Shown: positions 33,616 to 44,881, counted from the stretch's first letter. The stretch: DNA of 64,000 nt from an uncultured Solirubrobacterales bacterium (GCA_963730075.1 CAVSQH010000019.1:35150-99149), one strand, 5' to 3'. The notes: generated by a model not told the origin, from the letters alone. Numbers and translations: made by a program.

Positions 33616-35466
33616 TCAGTCAACGCACGTCAGCTCGGTTCCGGGGAACGCCGCCACCCCTCGTGCCCCCGAGCCGAGCTCTGACTGGAAGAGCTGTCTT
33701 TGGCTCAGGCTGTCTGCACGAACCACGAACGCGCCGCAAGAGTTTCCGACCTTCACCTTCACCCCACCCGCAGACAGGGCCAGCTCATACGAATCGAGTT
33801 CGAGCCCCGACCGACCTCTCGTACCGGCCGCGTCGTCAGCGAACACGAGCCATGCCGAGGAAGACCCACCTGCCGGGGCGACCAGATATTCCGTCACAGG
33901 CCAAGCGCGCAGAACGATCCCCGTCGAGGTATCACGCAAGAGGTATGGGGTCCCGACGTCCCCGCCCAGACGAAACTGGGGCACGCGGCTGGGCCTTTGG
34001 GTGAGCATCGCGTGAAGCCGGTATCGCTGCGCGATGTCATCCCACGACACCAGGATCGGCAGCTTCACCCCAACGCCGAGCGGGAGCTGGCTGTAGTCGC
34101 CTATCAGCTCGTCTTCCCCGTTGTTGAATAAATCGCGGACCCGGAGTCCCTCCAGGCCATAGTCGAAGCCGGCGCCGCTGGCCTGTATCGAAAGCGGAAC
34201 CGCTTCCGCGTCTGATGATGCCCTCGTCGCAGTGTGCGGTTGAAAGTCGAGCCGCAGCCTGAGAAACCCGTCGACGACGTCATATATCCGCAGCTCATCC
34301 GAGCCCTGGCTCGCCGGCTGCATGACGAACAGATATGACGCCTGATCGAAGCCGTGGAGGTGCACGGGGCGCGCGATCAGGGTGACCTCGTCGGCAGCCG
34401 CAGCGCGCTGGCGAATCGCATCGATCTGCGCCCCGATCGGCGGCGCCTTGACGGGTGAGAAGCCTCCAGCGCCGATCACGAGCGCGAGCGCTACGGCCGT
34501 CGCGACGGTGCCCACCGCGACCAGCCCCAGCGCTGGATCGCGCGGGCGCCGGCCGGGGCGCGCACGGGGGGCCGGACGTGGAATCGACCCCTCGTCCGGT
34601 GCGCGCAACGCCTCGCCGAGGCCGCGCGAGAGATCGATGTCGCCCAACAGCCCTGCGGCGTCGGCGGCCTCGGTGACGGCGAGCGTGGCCGGCAGCCGGA
34701 ACACCTGCGCCGCACCACGGAGCCTCCGCCCGCGCTCGCCGTCCTCGCCGACGCCCCGCAGAAGCGATTGCCACCGCTCCTCGCGGATTGTGGCGACCAC
34801 CTGGAGGCCCCCGTCGGCGACCCGCTCCAGCTCGGTGCTGCCCATCTCCTCAAGGAAGCGCTCGAGGTCGTCGAGCCACCAGACGGCGTCGGCGTCGCAC
34901 CCAGACCAATCCTCGTCAGCGAGCTCGCTGAGCGACGAGCCGTCGAACGGAAGCACCACCTGCCTGCTGCCGAGAACGGCGCGGCCGGCCTCATAGACGG
35001 TCCGGGACTTGCCCGATCGCTCGGGCCCGACCACGATCACCAGCCCGCCGGCCTGCAGCGCCCGCCGCAGCCCGTCGTCGATTTCGCGTGGAACGTAGGG
35101 CGGGAGCGGGTCGTTACTTCCCTGCACTCCAGGCAGCTCGAGCTGCCTGGCCGGGAACACGCCGAGCGTGAGCGCATCGCAGTCGTCCAGGCTCGTCAAT
35201 GGCCACACGCGCAGCAACGCTGTAAGGCGCCGCGCCTCGATCGTGTTCTGTCGCATCCGCCCAAGGGTCGATCCCACGAGCGCCGCGAACACCGAGATCA
35301 ACACCGACACGACCGGCCGCGGGTTGAAGGCGCTGATCGTCCCCTGAAGAATCTGGATAAGCGCGAACGCCGCTCCGCCAACAGCGAGCGACGCGGCACC
35401 AATGCTCAGATGCCTGCGCTGGCGCCCACTAACCATGCCCGCTCCGCGGCCCCACACGACCACCAT
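33616..35466 (-). CDS. Membrane protein: 2 TM, P-loop NTPase, TM, C-terminal domain
   Basis: YVPREID, Walker A GPERSGKS and Walker B WWLDDLE; three hydrophobic segments. Confidence 0.75.
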   Translation of the reverse strand: MVVVWGRGAGMVSGRQRRHLSIGAASLAVGGAAFALIQILQGTISAFNPRPVVSVLISVFAALVGSTLGRMRQNTIEARRLTALLRVWPLTSLDDCDALTLGVFPARQLELPGVQGSNDPLPPYVPREIDDGLRRALQAGGLVIVVGPERSGKSRTVYEAGRAVLGSRQVVLPFDGSSLSELADEDWSGCDADAVWWLDDLERFLEEMGSTELERVADGGLQVVATIREERWQSLLRGVGEDGERGRRLRGAAQVFRLPATLAVTEAADAAGLLGDIDLSRGLGEALRAPDEGSIPRPAPRARPGRRPRDPALGLVAVGTVATAVALALVIGAGGFSPVKAPPIGAQIDAIRQRAAAADEVTLIARPVHLHGFDQASYLFVMQPASQGSDELRIYDVVDGFLRLRLDFQPHTATRASSDAEAVPLSIQASGAGFDYGLEGLRVRDLFNNGEDELIGDYSQLPLGVGVKLPILVSWDDIAQRYRLHAMLTQRPSRVPQFRLGGDVGTPYLLRDTSTGIVLRAWPVTEYLVAPAGGSSSAWLVFADDAAGTRGRSGLELDSYELALSAGGVKVKVGNSCGAFVVRADSLSQRQLFQSELGSGARGVAAFPGTELTCVD

Positions 35467-35510
35467 TCCACACGTCAGTCACCGCGTCCAGTTCGATCCA
35501 CCGTCCGGCT

Positions 35511-36194
35511 ATGAGTGAACCCGCTCGCGTGATCACCGCTGTGGTGTTTGATCTCGACGGGGTGCTGGTCGATTCGGAATCGGTCTGGGAGGCAGCCAAG
35601 CGACAGGTCGTCGAGAGCACCGGCGGTAGTTGGCGAGCCGAGGCGACGAGGGCGATGATGGGTATGAGCTCGCCCGAGTGGAGCCGCTACCTCCACGATC
35701 AGCTAGGCGTGCCGCTGGTGCCCGAGGAGATCGACGAACGCGTCGTCGAGATCGTCCTGGCCCGCTACCGCCGCGATCTACCGCTGCTACCGGGTGCGGT
35801 GCAGGCGGTCAAACGTCTGGCGGCAAGGTGGCCGTTAGGGTTGGCGTCCTCGGCAAACCGTCCCGTGATCGACGCGGTGCTCGATCGGGCGGGCCTCACC
35901 GCCAGCTTCTCGGTAACCGTGTCAGCCGGGGAGGTCGCACGTGGAAAGCCTGCGCCCGACGTCTACCTCGAGGCCGCACGCAGGCTGGGAGTCAATCCGC
36001 GGACGGCGGTGGCGGTGGAGGACTCGACCAACGGCCTCAGAGCAGCGGCCGCCGCCGAGATGACGGTGATCGCTGCTCCCAACCGCGACTATCCGCCGGA
36101 TCCTGCCGCGGTGCAGCTGGCCGCGCTCGTGATCGACTCGCTGGATGAACTGACGCCGGCGGCGATCATCGGTGCGGCGTCACCGCCGGCGTGA
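35511..36194 (+). CDS. HAD-family phosphatase
   Basis: FDLDGVLVDSE, GKPAPDVY and VEDSTNG. Confidence 0.92.
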   Translation: MSEPARVITAVVFDLDGVLVDSESVWEAAKRQVVESTGGSWRAEATRAMMGMSSPEWSRYLHDQLGVPLVPEEIDERVVEIVLARYRRDLPLLPGAVQAVKRLAARWPLGLASSANRPVIDAVLDRAGLTASFSVTVSAGEVARGKPAPDVYLEAARRLGVNPRTAVAVEDSTNGLRAAAAAEMTVIAAPNRDYPPDPAAVQLAALVIDSLDELTPAAIIGAASPPA

Positions 36195-36217
36195 GCTGGC
36201 GCGCGGAGCGGTGACGC

Positions 36218-36793
36218 TCAACACATCTCGACGGCTGCTGTCCGTGCCGGCTCGCCCAGCCCTTTGGCGGTTTCGAGGAGCTGGTCGACGCGAAGTGTGT
36301 CGGCGTAGTTCTTGCCGTAGTGGGCGAACCGGATGACACCCTCGCGGTCGACTAGAAAATCCGCCGGCAGGCCGGTGATCCCGCCCTCGTGACCGAACGG
36401 CTTGGAGAAGAAGCCGTTGGCCATTGCGCGCGCGTAGTCACGCATCACCTGGAGCGACGCCATGCCGGCCCACGAAGCCTCGACGCCGTACTCACGGAAG
36501 ATCTTCTTGCCAGGGTCGGCAACGACCTTGAACGGCAGCTGGTCCTCGATCGCCTTCTCGAGCTGGCCGATCGGCGAGTGAAACAACACCACGGTCGTCA
36601 ACCCTGCCCGCTCGAGCTCGTCATGTCGGCGGATCACCTCGCGGAGGTGGAGGTTGCAGATCGGGCAGGTCGCGAAGCGGTAGAACTTGAGCAGCACGAG
36701 GTCGCTGTCGGTCAGATCGTGCAGCGAGAGCTTGCCCTCGCCCAGTACGCGGCCGCTGAACTCTGGCGCTTGGTCACCTGGCTTCAGAAACAT
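36218..36793 (-). CDS. AhpC/TSA peroxiredoxin-like protein
   Basis: GDQAPEF, FYRFATCPICN and PADFLVD. Confidence 0.88.
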   Translation of the reverse strand: MFLKPGDQAPEFSGRVLGEGKLSLHDLTDSDLVLLKFYRFATCPICNLHLREVIRRHDELERAGLTTVVLFHSPIGQLEKAIEDQLPFKVVADPGKKIFREYGVEASWAGMASLQVMRDYARAMANGFFSKPFGHEGGITGLPADFLVDREGVIRFAHYGKNYADTLRVDQLLETAKGLGEPARTAAVEMC

Positions 36794-36874
36794 TTCCCTT
36801 CCCCCTCTTCGTTGTGGACGAGGCGAAGGTACGTCGGCGGCGTTCCCCCAGCGTTCCCCGGTTAGGCTCAGCCG

Positions 36875-38077
36875 ATGCGGGTGGCCGTGATCGGAGCCGG
36901 TCTTGCTGGCCTCGCGGCCGCCGAAGAGCTGGCGCGCGCCGGGGCGGACCTGGACGTGTTCGAAGCTCGGGACCGGGTCGGCGGGCGGGTGTGGTCATCG
37001 CGGTTCGGCGACGACACGATTGAGCACGGAGCCGAGTTCATCCTTCCCGGAAGCACCGCGACGACCAGCGCGGCACAGCGGCTCGGCCTCGGCCTGGTCC
37101 GCAAGGGCCTGCGGTATGGCGACCGAGACCCGGTCGGCGCCGGAGCGGTCTCCAAGGCCGCGATTCGCGCCGGTGTCGAGCGACTGCAGGCGCCGTCGAG
37201 CGCCGAACGGACCGTCGACGGCGCGCTCGCATCCGCGGACCTGCCGGGCGCGGTGCGGGACGCGATCCGTGCCCGGATCGAGGTCAGCTGCGGGTATCCG
37301 GCCTCGGACCTCGACGCCACCGTGCTGCGGGAGGACGGGACCGCCTTCGGTGACTTCGATACGCACTCGATCGAGGGCGGCAACGCACAGCTCGCCGCGG
37401 CGCTGGCCGAGCGGGTCGGCTCCGATCGGATCCACCTCGAGTCGCCCGTCTCAGCCCTGAGCTGGGGCGCGCAGGGGGTACAGATCGCTAGCGCGCACTC
37501 GGTCGCCGTCGCCGACTGCGCCGTTGTCGCAGTCCCCGCGTCGGTGATCGACGCGATCACGTTTGAGCCGCTGCTGCCGGCGGCCAAGGAGGCGGTCCAC
37601 CGCGCGGTCCGCTACGGCCAGGCGGCGAAGCTGTTCGTCGGCCTCAAACACCCGGTGCGACCGAGCGCGACCCTATCGGTGCCTGACCGCTTCTGGTGCT
37701 GGACCCAGTTGCGCCCCGACGGCGGCCCGGCGTCGTTCGTGGGCGCCTTTGCGGGCACGGAAGCGGCGCTCGGCGCGCTCGGCGTCGCGAGCGGCCCGGC
37801 ACGGTGGGCTTCGACGCTGGCAGCGCTCCGGCCGGAGCTCGAGCTCGACCTCGACGCGATCACGATCACGATCTGGCCCGACGACCCGTGGGTCAGGGGC
37901 GCCTACTCGGCGCCGTCGGCCAGTTCGCCGATCGACCAGACTGAGCTCGTGCGGCCGATCGGCCGGCTGGCCTTCGCCGGCGAGCATACGGCCGGCGCCC
38001 ATCACGCGACGATGGAGGGAGCGCTGCGCAGCGGAGTCCGCGCCGCGCGCGACCTTCTGACCGGGTTCGCGGGCTGA
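36875..38077 (+). CDS. Flavin monoamine oxidase family
   Basis: [29 protein letters not shown] and MEGALRSG. Confidence 0.9.
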   Translation: MRVAVIGAGLAGLAAAEELARAGADLDVFEARDRVGGRVWSSRFGDDTIEHGAEFILPGSTATTSAAQRLGLGLVRKGLRYGDRDPVGAGAVSKAAIRAGVERLQAPSSAERTVDGALASADLPGAVRDAIRARIEVSCGYPASDLDATVLREDGTAFGDFDTHSIEGGNAQLAAALAERVGSDRIHLESPVSALSWGAQGVQIASAHSVAVADCAVVAVPASVIDAITFEPLLPAAKEAVHRAVRYGQAAKLFVGLKHPVRPSATLSVPDRFWCWTQLRPDGGPASFVGAFAGTEAALGALGVASGPARWASTLAALRPELELDLDAITITIWPDDPWVRGAYSAPSASSPIDQTELVRPIGRLAFAGEHTAGAHHATMEGALRSGVRAARDLLTGFAG

Positions 38078-38089
38078 CGGACCCGCCGT

Positions 38090-39612
38090 CTACAGCTCGG
38101 CTTCGGCCCGGCCCCCGAGCGCCGGCCGCTCGTGCATTGCGAGCCGCGCGTCTGAAGCCCACTCCTGACGACCCTTGCGGCCGCGCGCCACCAGCACGAC
38201 GATCCCCAGGACCAGCCACGCCCCGGCGGCGACGGCCGCCCATCGGACCGGCGACGGCGGGCAGCGGATTGAGCGACTTGTACGCCACCCAGAGCACGGC
38301 TGCGGTCGTCAACAGCGGGAACAACCCGTGGACGACCGGCCTGAACGCGGTTTGGGACTCGCGTGCGTGGAACATCACGACGCCGACATTGCCGGCTGCA
38401 TAGATCGCGGCCAGTGCCAGCGTCGTCAACAGGCTGAGGGTCAGAAACGCGTCAAGCGGACCGAGCCAAAGGCCGAAGCCGAGCCCGACCGCCAGCGCCA
38501 GCAGGGCCTGTACTGCGATCGCGTTGGTCGGCGTATGAAAATCGCCGGTGAAGATGGCCCAAGCCGTCCGGCACCAGGCCCGAACGCGCCATCGCGTACC
38601 ACATACGCGTGACCGTGTTGAAGGACGCGATTGAGGCACAGATGACCGAGTTCAATAGCGCCACCAGCACCAGTACCCAGGCAGCGCCGAGATAGCGGTG
38701 TGCGAGCACCAGCGGCGGCGCCTGGGCTGATGTAAACAGAGCCGGCAGGTTGTGGGTCCCCCAGCCCACCATCAGCCCCCAGCTTGTGAACACGAACAGG
38801 GCGACGATGAACAGCACCGCCGAGATCAGACCGACCGGCACCGATCGCGCAGGTCGGCGACTCTCCTCGGCGAGCGGGACTGATCCCTCCCAGCCCGCAA
38901 ACGCGAACAACGAGAACACGACCGCGAGATAGAGGCCGTGGAAGCTTGGAGCCGAGCTGGGAGAAAGCGGCGCGAACGAGAAGCCGCCGGGGCCGGGATC
39001 GGCGAGACCGCACACCGCAAGCGTCAGCACCACGGCCGCCTCGATCACGCCGAGCACGATCAGCGCCCGCGCGGACAGCTGGATGCCGCGGTAGACGACG
39101 ACCGTGACGAGCCCGAGCACGACGATCAGCACGACCCACCAGGGGAGTGAAAAGCCATATTGCGCCTGGAGTGACTGCTCGCAGATGTAGCCCGTGTAGG
39201 CGACGATGAAGCCGGGGGCGATCGGCGCGTAGATCAGGAAGATCCAGCTCAGCAGCCACCCGGCGGGGGCGTTGACCGCACGTGTGACGTAGGTGAAGTA
39301 GCCACCTGCGGACGGCAGCCGCGCTGCGAGTGTCCCGAGCGAGATCGCCAGCCTCAGGATGATCGCGCCCGCGATCACGAACGCGAACGCGACCGACACA
39401 CCGGCGAAGGCGGCCACCACCTGGAACAGCAGCAGCGCCGAGAAGGCCGGCCCGACGAAGCTGACGCTCTGCATCGTGACCGAGAACTGGCCGAGCGCCC
39501 CGGGGAGCAGGCCGGACGAGCTCGCTCGCTGCGAGGAGCTGGCTCCCTGGCCGACCTCGGTCGTTGCTCCGTCACTCTGTGTCCCCGACCCTCGATCCGC
39601 GATCCCGCCCAC
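38090..39612 (-). CDS. APC-family amino acid permease, two apparent frameshifts (~38540, ~38260)
   Basis: PSAGGYFTY, FAGWE...LAEES and RMWYAMAR. Removing one T and one C restores FHTPTNAI... and a final TM ending at TAG 38090. Confidence 0.85.
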
Positions 39613-39683
39613 AGGCTGCTCAGTGGGCTGGCCGCCAAGCTATCCCCGCGGACGCCCGGGGTCAATCGTCGTAGCCTGCTCCC

Positions 39684-41018
39684 ATGCACAGCGAGGCCGA
39701 GTGGCGCCGGCGCCGGCTCCACTTCGTGGGCATCGGCGGTTCGGGGATGAGCGGACTCGCGCTCGCCTGCGAGACCCTCGGCGTCGAGGTGACCGGCTCC
39801 GATCGGGTCCAAGGTCCGTCGCTGGACCGCCTGCGGGCGCGTGGCATTCCGGTGTCGCTGGGGCATGCGCCCGAAAACGTCCCGCCCGGCGCCGAGCTGG
39901 TGTACTCGACCGCCGTCAAGGCGGACAACGTCGAGCGCGTCCGCGGCCGCGAGCTGGGCCTTCGCGAGCTGCGCCGCGGCGAGCTGCTGGCGGAGCTCTC
40001 GCGTTTGCGTCGCTGCGTGGCGATCGCGGGCACGCATGGCAAGACGACTACCGCTTGGATGACAGCTCACGCCCTACGCGCGGCCGGTGTCAACCCCGGT
40101 TACGTGATCGGTGCCGAGCTGCGCGATGGATAGCCGAGCGCGAGCTGGCAACCCGGAGAGTGGCTCGTGATCGAGACCGACGAGTCGGATCGGACCTTCC
40201 TCGCGCTCGAGCCCGAGATCGCCGTCGTCACAAACGTGGCGTTCGAGCACGCCAACGAGTACGCGTCTCTGGAGGACGTTCGCAGGGTTTTTCAATCCTT
40301 CATCGCTCAGTCAGGCCGCACTGTGATCGGCGATCAGCCGGGGCTGCGAGAGCTGTGCGGAGACCGCGATCCGCAGGTTTCCGACGTATCCGATGTCCGT
40401 CTGGCGCCCGAGGGGGCGAGCTTTCGCTGGCGAGGTGTGCGCGTGCAGCTGCGCCTGCCGGGAGCGCACAACGTGGCCAACGCGGCGGCGGCGCTCGAGG
40501 CCTGCAGGCTGATCGGAGTCGAGCCCGAACGGGCCTCGGCGGCGCTCGCTACCTTCCCGGGGGCGAGGCGTCGCTTGGAGCTGGTCGGACAGACACCGTC
40601 TGGCGCGCGCGTGTATGACGACTACGCGATCCACGCCAACGAGGTCCGGGCGACGCTGGCCGCACTGCGTACGGTCGAGCCGGCGCGCGTGGTGGCGGTG
40701 TTCGAGCCCGTTCTGTTCACCCGAACACGCGCGATGGCGGGAGACCTCGGGCTCGCGCTGTCGGAGGCCGACGCGCTCGTCGTGCTCGAGCTGTTCGCCG
40801 GCAGCGAACGTGGCCAGAGTCATCCCGGGGTCTCGGGAAACCTGATTGCCGAGGCCGCGAGGGAACACGCGGACGGGCAGCCGGTCGTCTTCAGACCGAC
40901 CGCCGACGACGCCCACGCGTATCTCGAACCGCTGCTCTCCAACGGCGACGCGTGCGTCGTGATGGGCTGCGGCCTCGAGCCACAGCGGCTCGCGCACCGG
41001 CTCGTCGGTCGCGATTAG
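39684..41018 (+). CDS. Divergent MurC-like ligase with in-frame TAG at 40131-40133 (possible pseudogene or base error)
   Basis: HFVGIGGSGMSGLA, GTHGKTTT, ETDESD, PGAHNVAN, RRLE and YDDYA. The two ORFs are in the same frame. Confidence 0.8.
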
Positions 41019-41029
41019 GGTGACCTGGG

Positions 41030-42238
41030 ATGCGACTGGTGATCAGCTATCTGCGGATGGTCGCGTTCGGAGGTACCGAGACGTACGTGCTGACGGTCGC
41101 CGGAGAGCTCGAACGCCTCGGTCACGATGTCGTCATCCATGCCCCCGAAACCGGGGCCTGCGCGGAGTTTGCCCGCGCTCACGGGTTGCAGGTGGTCCGC
41201 AACGAGTCCGAGCTGCCACGCTCGTGTGACGCGGTCTTCGCCCAGGATGCGGCGACCGCCTACGCGATGGCGCGTCGTTACCCAGGTGCCGTGCGGGTGT
41301 TCGTCGCTCACTCCGAGAGCTACCCGCTTCAGTCACCGCCACAGCTCAAGGACGTCAGCCACACGATCGTCGTGATGAATGACCGGCTGCGCCGGCGGAC
41401 CGAGCAGCTCGGCTGGCACCCGGAGGTGGTCCGCCTCCGGCAGCCGATCGACCTGCAGCGCTTCTGCTTCAGGGCCTTGGAGCTCGAGCAGCGCCGGCCG
41501 CCCCGCGTCCTGCTGCTCAGCAACTACCCGCGTGGCACACGTGCGCGGATGATTGAGCGCGCGTGCGCGACCGCCGGCTTCGAGCTGCGCCACACCGGCG
41601 AGACCGGGCGGCCGACGGCGACCCCCGAGCACGAGATCGGCGCGGCCGAGATCGTGATCTCGCTCGGCCGCGGGGCGCTAGAGGCGATGGCCTGTGGCCG
41701 TGCCGTGTACGTGTATGGACAGGCCGGGGGCGACGGCTGGGTGACCGCGGACACTTACCTGGCGATCGAGGCCGACGGGTTCAGCGGCCGAGCCCTGGAA
41801 CGTGCGATCGGACTCGACCTACTCGCCGACGAGCTCTCGCAGTGGAGCGAGGAGATGGGTGAGATTGGACGAGACCTGGCGTGCGCGAACCATGACGTCG
41901 CCAACCACGCGCTCGCGCTGCTCGGGCTCGTCAGCGGAGACGCTGCCGCGCCACCCGAGGTCGGCGACGAGCTGCAGCGGCTGGTGCGGCTCGAGATGGA
42001 TCGCAACATGCAGGCGAGATCGGCCGCCGCCGAGACCGCGCTCGCACGGGCCGAGAGCGCAGCCATGCGCGCCGAGGTCGACCGGGCTCATAACGACGCG
42101 GCCGCCGCCCGCGGCCGAGCCGACGCGCTCGAGGCCCAGCTCGCTGAGCTGCGTCGGACGCGCCGCTACCGGCTCGCAGCCCTGCTCGCTTGGCCGCTCG
42201 ACAGGCTCCGAGACCGGAACGGTCGCCCTCAGAGCTAG
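41030..42238 (+). CDS. GT-B (GT4-like) glycosyltransferase with C-terminal coiled coil
   Basis: GGTETYVLTVA, PIDLQRF and GRGALEAMACGR. Confidence 0.75.
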   Translation: MRLVISYLRMVAFGGTETYVLTVAGELERLGHDVVIHAPETGACAEFARAHGLQVVRNESELPRSCDAVFAQDAATAYAMARRYPGAVRVFVAHSESYPLQSPPQLKDVSHTIVVMNDRLRRRTEQLGWHPEVVRLRQPIDLQRFCFRALELEQRRPPRVLLLSNYPRGTRARMIERACATAGFELRHTGETGRPTATPEHEIGAAEIVISLGRGALEAMACGRAVYVYGQAGGDGWVTADTYLAIEADGFSGRALERAIGLDLLADELSQWSEEMGEIGRDLACANHDVANHALALLGLVSGDAAAPPEVGDELQRLVRLEMDRNMQARSAAAETALARAESAAMRAEVDRAHNDAAAARGRADALEAQLAELRRTRRYRLAALLAWPLDRLRDRNGRPQS

Positions 42239-43911
42239 CCGCCGGACGGCAATCGCCCGTCGTAGAGCCAGCCCCGTAGTTCGCTGCGGCGAATCTTGCC
42301 GCTCACCGTCTTGGGCAGCTCGTCGACGAAGTGCACCTCCCGCGGATACTTGTAAGGCGCGGTGTTCTGCTTGACGAAGTCCTGGATCTGGTTGGCGAGC
42401 TCGGGAGAAGCCTGCTCCCCGGGCGCGAGCACGCAGATCCCGACGACGATCTGGGTGCGAGCGGGATCGTCGCGACCGACGACCGCTGCCTCCATCACGG
42501 CGGGGTGCTCGATCAGCGCGCTCTCGACCTCAAACGGACCGATCCGGTAAGCGCTCGACGTGATCACGTCATCGTTGCGTCCCTCGAACCAGAAGTAGCC
42601 GTCCTCATCGAGCGCCGCCTTGTCGCCCGTGTAATAGAACGGCTCGCGGAACGAGCCCTTGGTCGCGTCGGGATCCTCGTAGTAGCCGGGGAACAGCCCA
42701 ACCGGACGATCGGGCTGGTAGCGCACCACGACGTTGCCGACCGCGCCGGTCTCGATCGGCTGTCCGTCATCGTCGACCACGCTCACATTCCACCCGGGAA
42801 CGGGCCTGCCCATCGAACCGGGCCGAACCGTCATCGAGCGGTAGTTGGCCACCAGGCAGGTCGTCTCGGTCTGTCCGTATCCGTCGTAGATCGTCAGGCC
42901 GCCGGTCCCCTCACGCCATGCGCGGATGACCTCGGGGTTCAGCGGCTCGCCGGCACTCGTACAGTGACGCAGCACGGACAGGTCATGCTTGGTGAAGTCG
43001 CCCTGGACGAGCAGCCGATACAGCGTCGGCGGCGCGCAGAACGAGGTCACGCCATGACGGGCGAGGATCCCGAAGATCGTGTCGGCGTCCGGGCGGCCGA
43101 GCGCCACCTGCATGATGCACGCGCGCTCGTGCATCTGCCCGAACAGCGCACCCCAGGCGGCCTTGGCCCAGCCCGTGTCGGTGACCGTCCAGTGAAGGTC
43201 ACCCGGCCTCAGGTCATGCCAGAAGCGCGCGGTGCCGACGTGGCCGAGCGCGTACGAGTGACCGTGCTGCACCATCTTCGGGTAGTCGACGGTGCCGCTG
43301 GTGAAGTACAGCAGCAGCGGATCGTCGCGGTGCGTGACGTCGGCGGGGACATCACCGTCCCCCGCAGCCTCGCAGACCGAGTCGAAGTCCTCCCAGCCGT
43401 CGGGCGCGCCGTCGACGCATAGCTTGACGTCAAAGCTCTCGCCCGTGCCGTCGACCTTGGCCGTGCCCGCCTGGTCGGTGATCACCGCGGTCGCGCGGCC
43501 GCGCTGCACCCGATATGCGATGTCCTTGGCTGTCAGCAGATTGGGACCGGGCATCGGGATCGCGCCGATCCGCATGCAACCGAGCAGCGCCCCGTACCAC
43601 TGGGGGATCCGCGGGAGCATCACGAATACGTGGTCGCCCTTGCTGACGCCCCGCTCGAGCAGGGCGCGGGCGGCCATCCGCGAGGACCGCGCCAGCGACG
43701 CGCTCGTGTCTACGCCGACCAGCTCGCCGGCCGCGTCGATCGAGACCAGCGCCAGCGCCTCGGGCTCCTCGACTGCCCACGTGTCGACGATCGCCTCGAC
43801 CGCATTGAACCGTTCGGGCACCGACACGATGTATGACGCCCGCTCGCGCTCGTAGTCCGCCAGCCGCGGCTCACAGTCGCGCGGCGGACGTACCAGGCTC
43901 AGTTCCGTCAT
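42235..43911 (-). CDS. Acyl-CoA synthetase (medium-chain, ACSM-like)
   Basis: YFTSGT..PKMV, YGQTET, YTGD, GRNDD and PKTVSGKI. Confidence 0.93.
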   Translation of the reverse strand: MTELSLVRPPRDCEPRLADYERERASYIVSVPERFNAVEAIVDTWAVEEPEALALVSIDAAGELVGVDTSASLARSSRMAARALLERGVSKGDHVFVMLPRIPQWYGALLGCMRIGAIPMPGPNLLTAKDIAYRVQRGRATAVITDQAGTAKVDGTGESFDVKLCVDGAPDGWEDFDSVCEAAGDGDVPADVTHRDDPLLLYFTSGTVDYPKMVQHGHSYALGHVGTARFWHDLRPGDLHWTVTDTGWAKAAWGALFGQMHERACIMQVALGRPDADTIFGILARHGVTSFCAPPTLYRLLVQGDFTKHDLSVLRHCTSAGEPLNPEVIRAWREGTGGLTIYDGYGQTETTCLVANYRSMTVRPGSMGRPVPGWNVSVVDDDGQPIETGAVGNVVVRYQPDRPVGLFPGYYEDPDATKGSFREPFYYTGDKAALDEDGYFWFEGRNDDVITSSAYRIGPFEVESALIEHPAVMEAAVVGRDDPARTQIVVGICVLAPGEQASPELANQIQDFVKQNTAPYKYPREVHFVDELPKTVSGKIRRSELRGWLYDGRLPSGG

Positions 43912-43985
43912 TGCTCCCGATTTCCCCTCGTCCAGATTTGGCCGGGGTGTTGGTCTCCCCGACGCATTCTTGCCGATCGGCGGGG

Positions 43986-44198
43986 CTAGCGGCTGTGGCG
44001 CTTGAGCTCCCGCAGCGCGTCTTCCACGGTTCCGGGGCCCTTGAGAACGGCGAACGCGCGCGCGATCGCGTAGTGGCCGTAGCCCAACTCCCGGAGCAGT
44101 TTCTCGAACGCGGGCCGCTGTGCATCGGCCGCCTTCTCCCGGTCGGCGACCTTCGCCGCGATGCGTAGATCCTCGTGCTCTCCCGGCGCGGCCTTCAC
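43986..44198 (-). CDS. Small hypothetical protein
   Basis: 70-aa helical ORF with protein-like composition; no recognised motif. Confidence 0.4.
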   Translation of the reverse strand: MKAAPGEHEDLRIAAKVADREKAADAQRPAFEKLLRELGYGHYAIARAFAVLKGPGTVEDALRELKRHSR

Positions 44199-44359
44199 GG
44201 GTGCAAGTCTATGCCTCGAGGCCCGTGGAGCTCAAGCGCCGCCGCTGGTCGAGCGCCCTCGGTGATCGACCAAGAAGGCTCCGGAGGAAGTACCGATGTG
44301 CTCGGAACGCGGGCGTGCAAGGCTGACATCGCGGCCGCGCGAGCGAAAGGACGGACTCA

Positions 44360-44881
44360 ATGAAGCGACACGCCCTGATCCCCATCGTGTTGGCCCTGTT
44401 TGTGCTGAGCCCGGCAGCGGCGCTGGCGATCGCACCGACACAGAACGCCGGCTACGACGGCTGGTGGCCCGGCGGCTTCGGCTATCCGCCCCTCACCGTC
44501 CACGCGCCTGGGTACCCGTGCTCGGTGACGGCCTACGGGCCAACGTTCAAGTCGGGCTCGGGTGGCTGGAACCAGAACTACGGCGGCGGCACCAGCTGCA
44601 AGAGCGGCGTCGGGTCCAAGACGCTGCGGATCTCTGACCAGGTCCTCGGCGGCAACGGTCGCACGTGGTTCACGGTCAGTGGCTCAACGGTGACGACCGG
44701 TCCGGTTGGTGGCAACCCGCTGCGGCTGAGGCGCAACCGCCCGGCGGAGCTGGGCCACGTCTACCGCACCGTGGCCGTCGCGAAGCTGGTGGTGCCGAAC
44801 GGGCACGCTGGCTGTTCGCTGACCAACACCTGCTCGCAGACGATCATGCTCGCTGCCACCAGTCGCCGGCTCGCGCCCTAG
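44360..44881 (+). CDS. Secreted hypothetical protein (4 Cys)
   Basis: Signal peptide MKRHALIPIVLALFVLSPAAALA; G/T/S-rich mature part. Confidence 0.7.
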   Translation: MKRHALIPIVLALFVLSPAAALAIAPTQNAGYDGWWPGGFGYPPLTVHAPGYPCSVTAYGPTFKSGSGGWNQNYGGGTSCKSGVGSKTLRISDQVLGGNGRTWFTVSGSTVTTGPVGGNPLRLRRNRPAELGHVYRTVAVAKLVVPNGHAGCSLTNTCSQTIMLAATSRRLAP

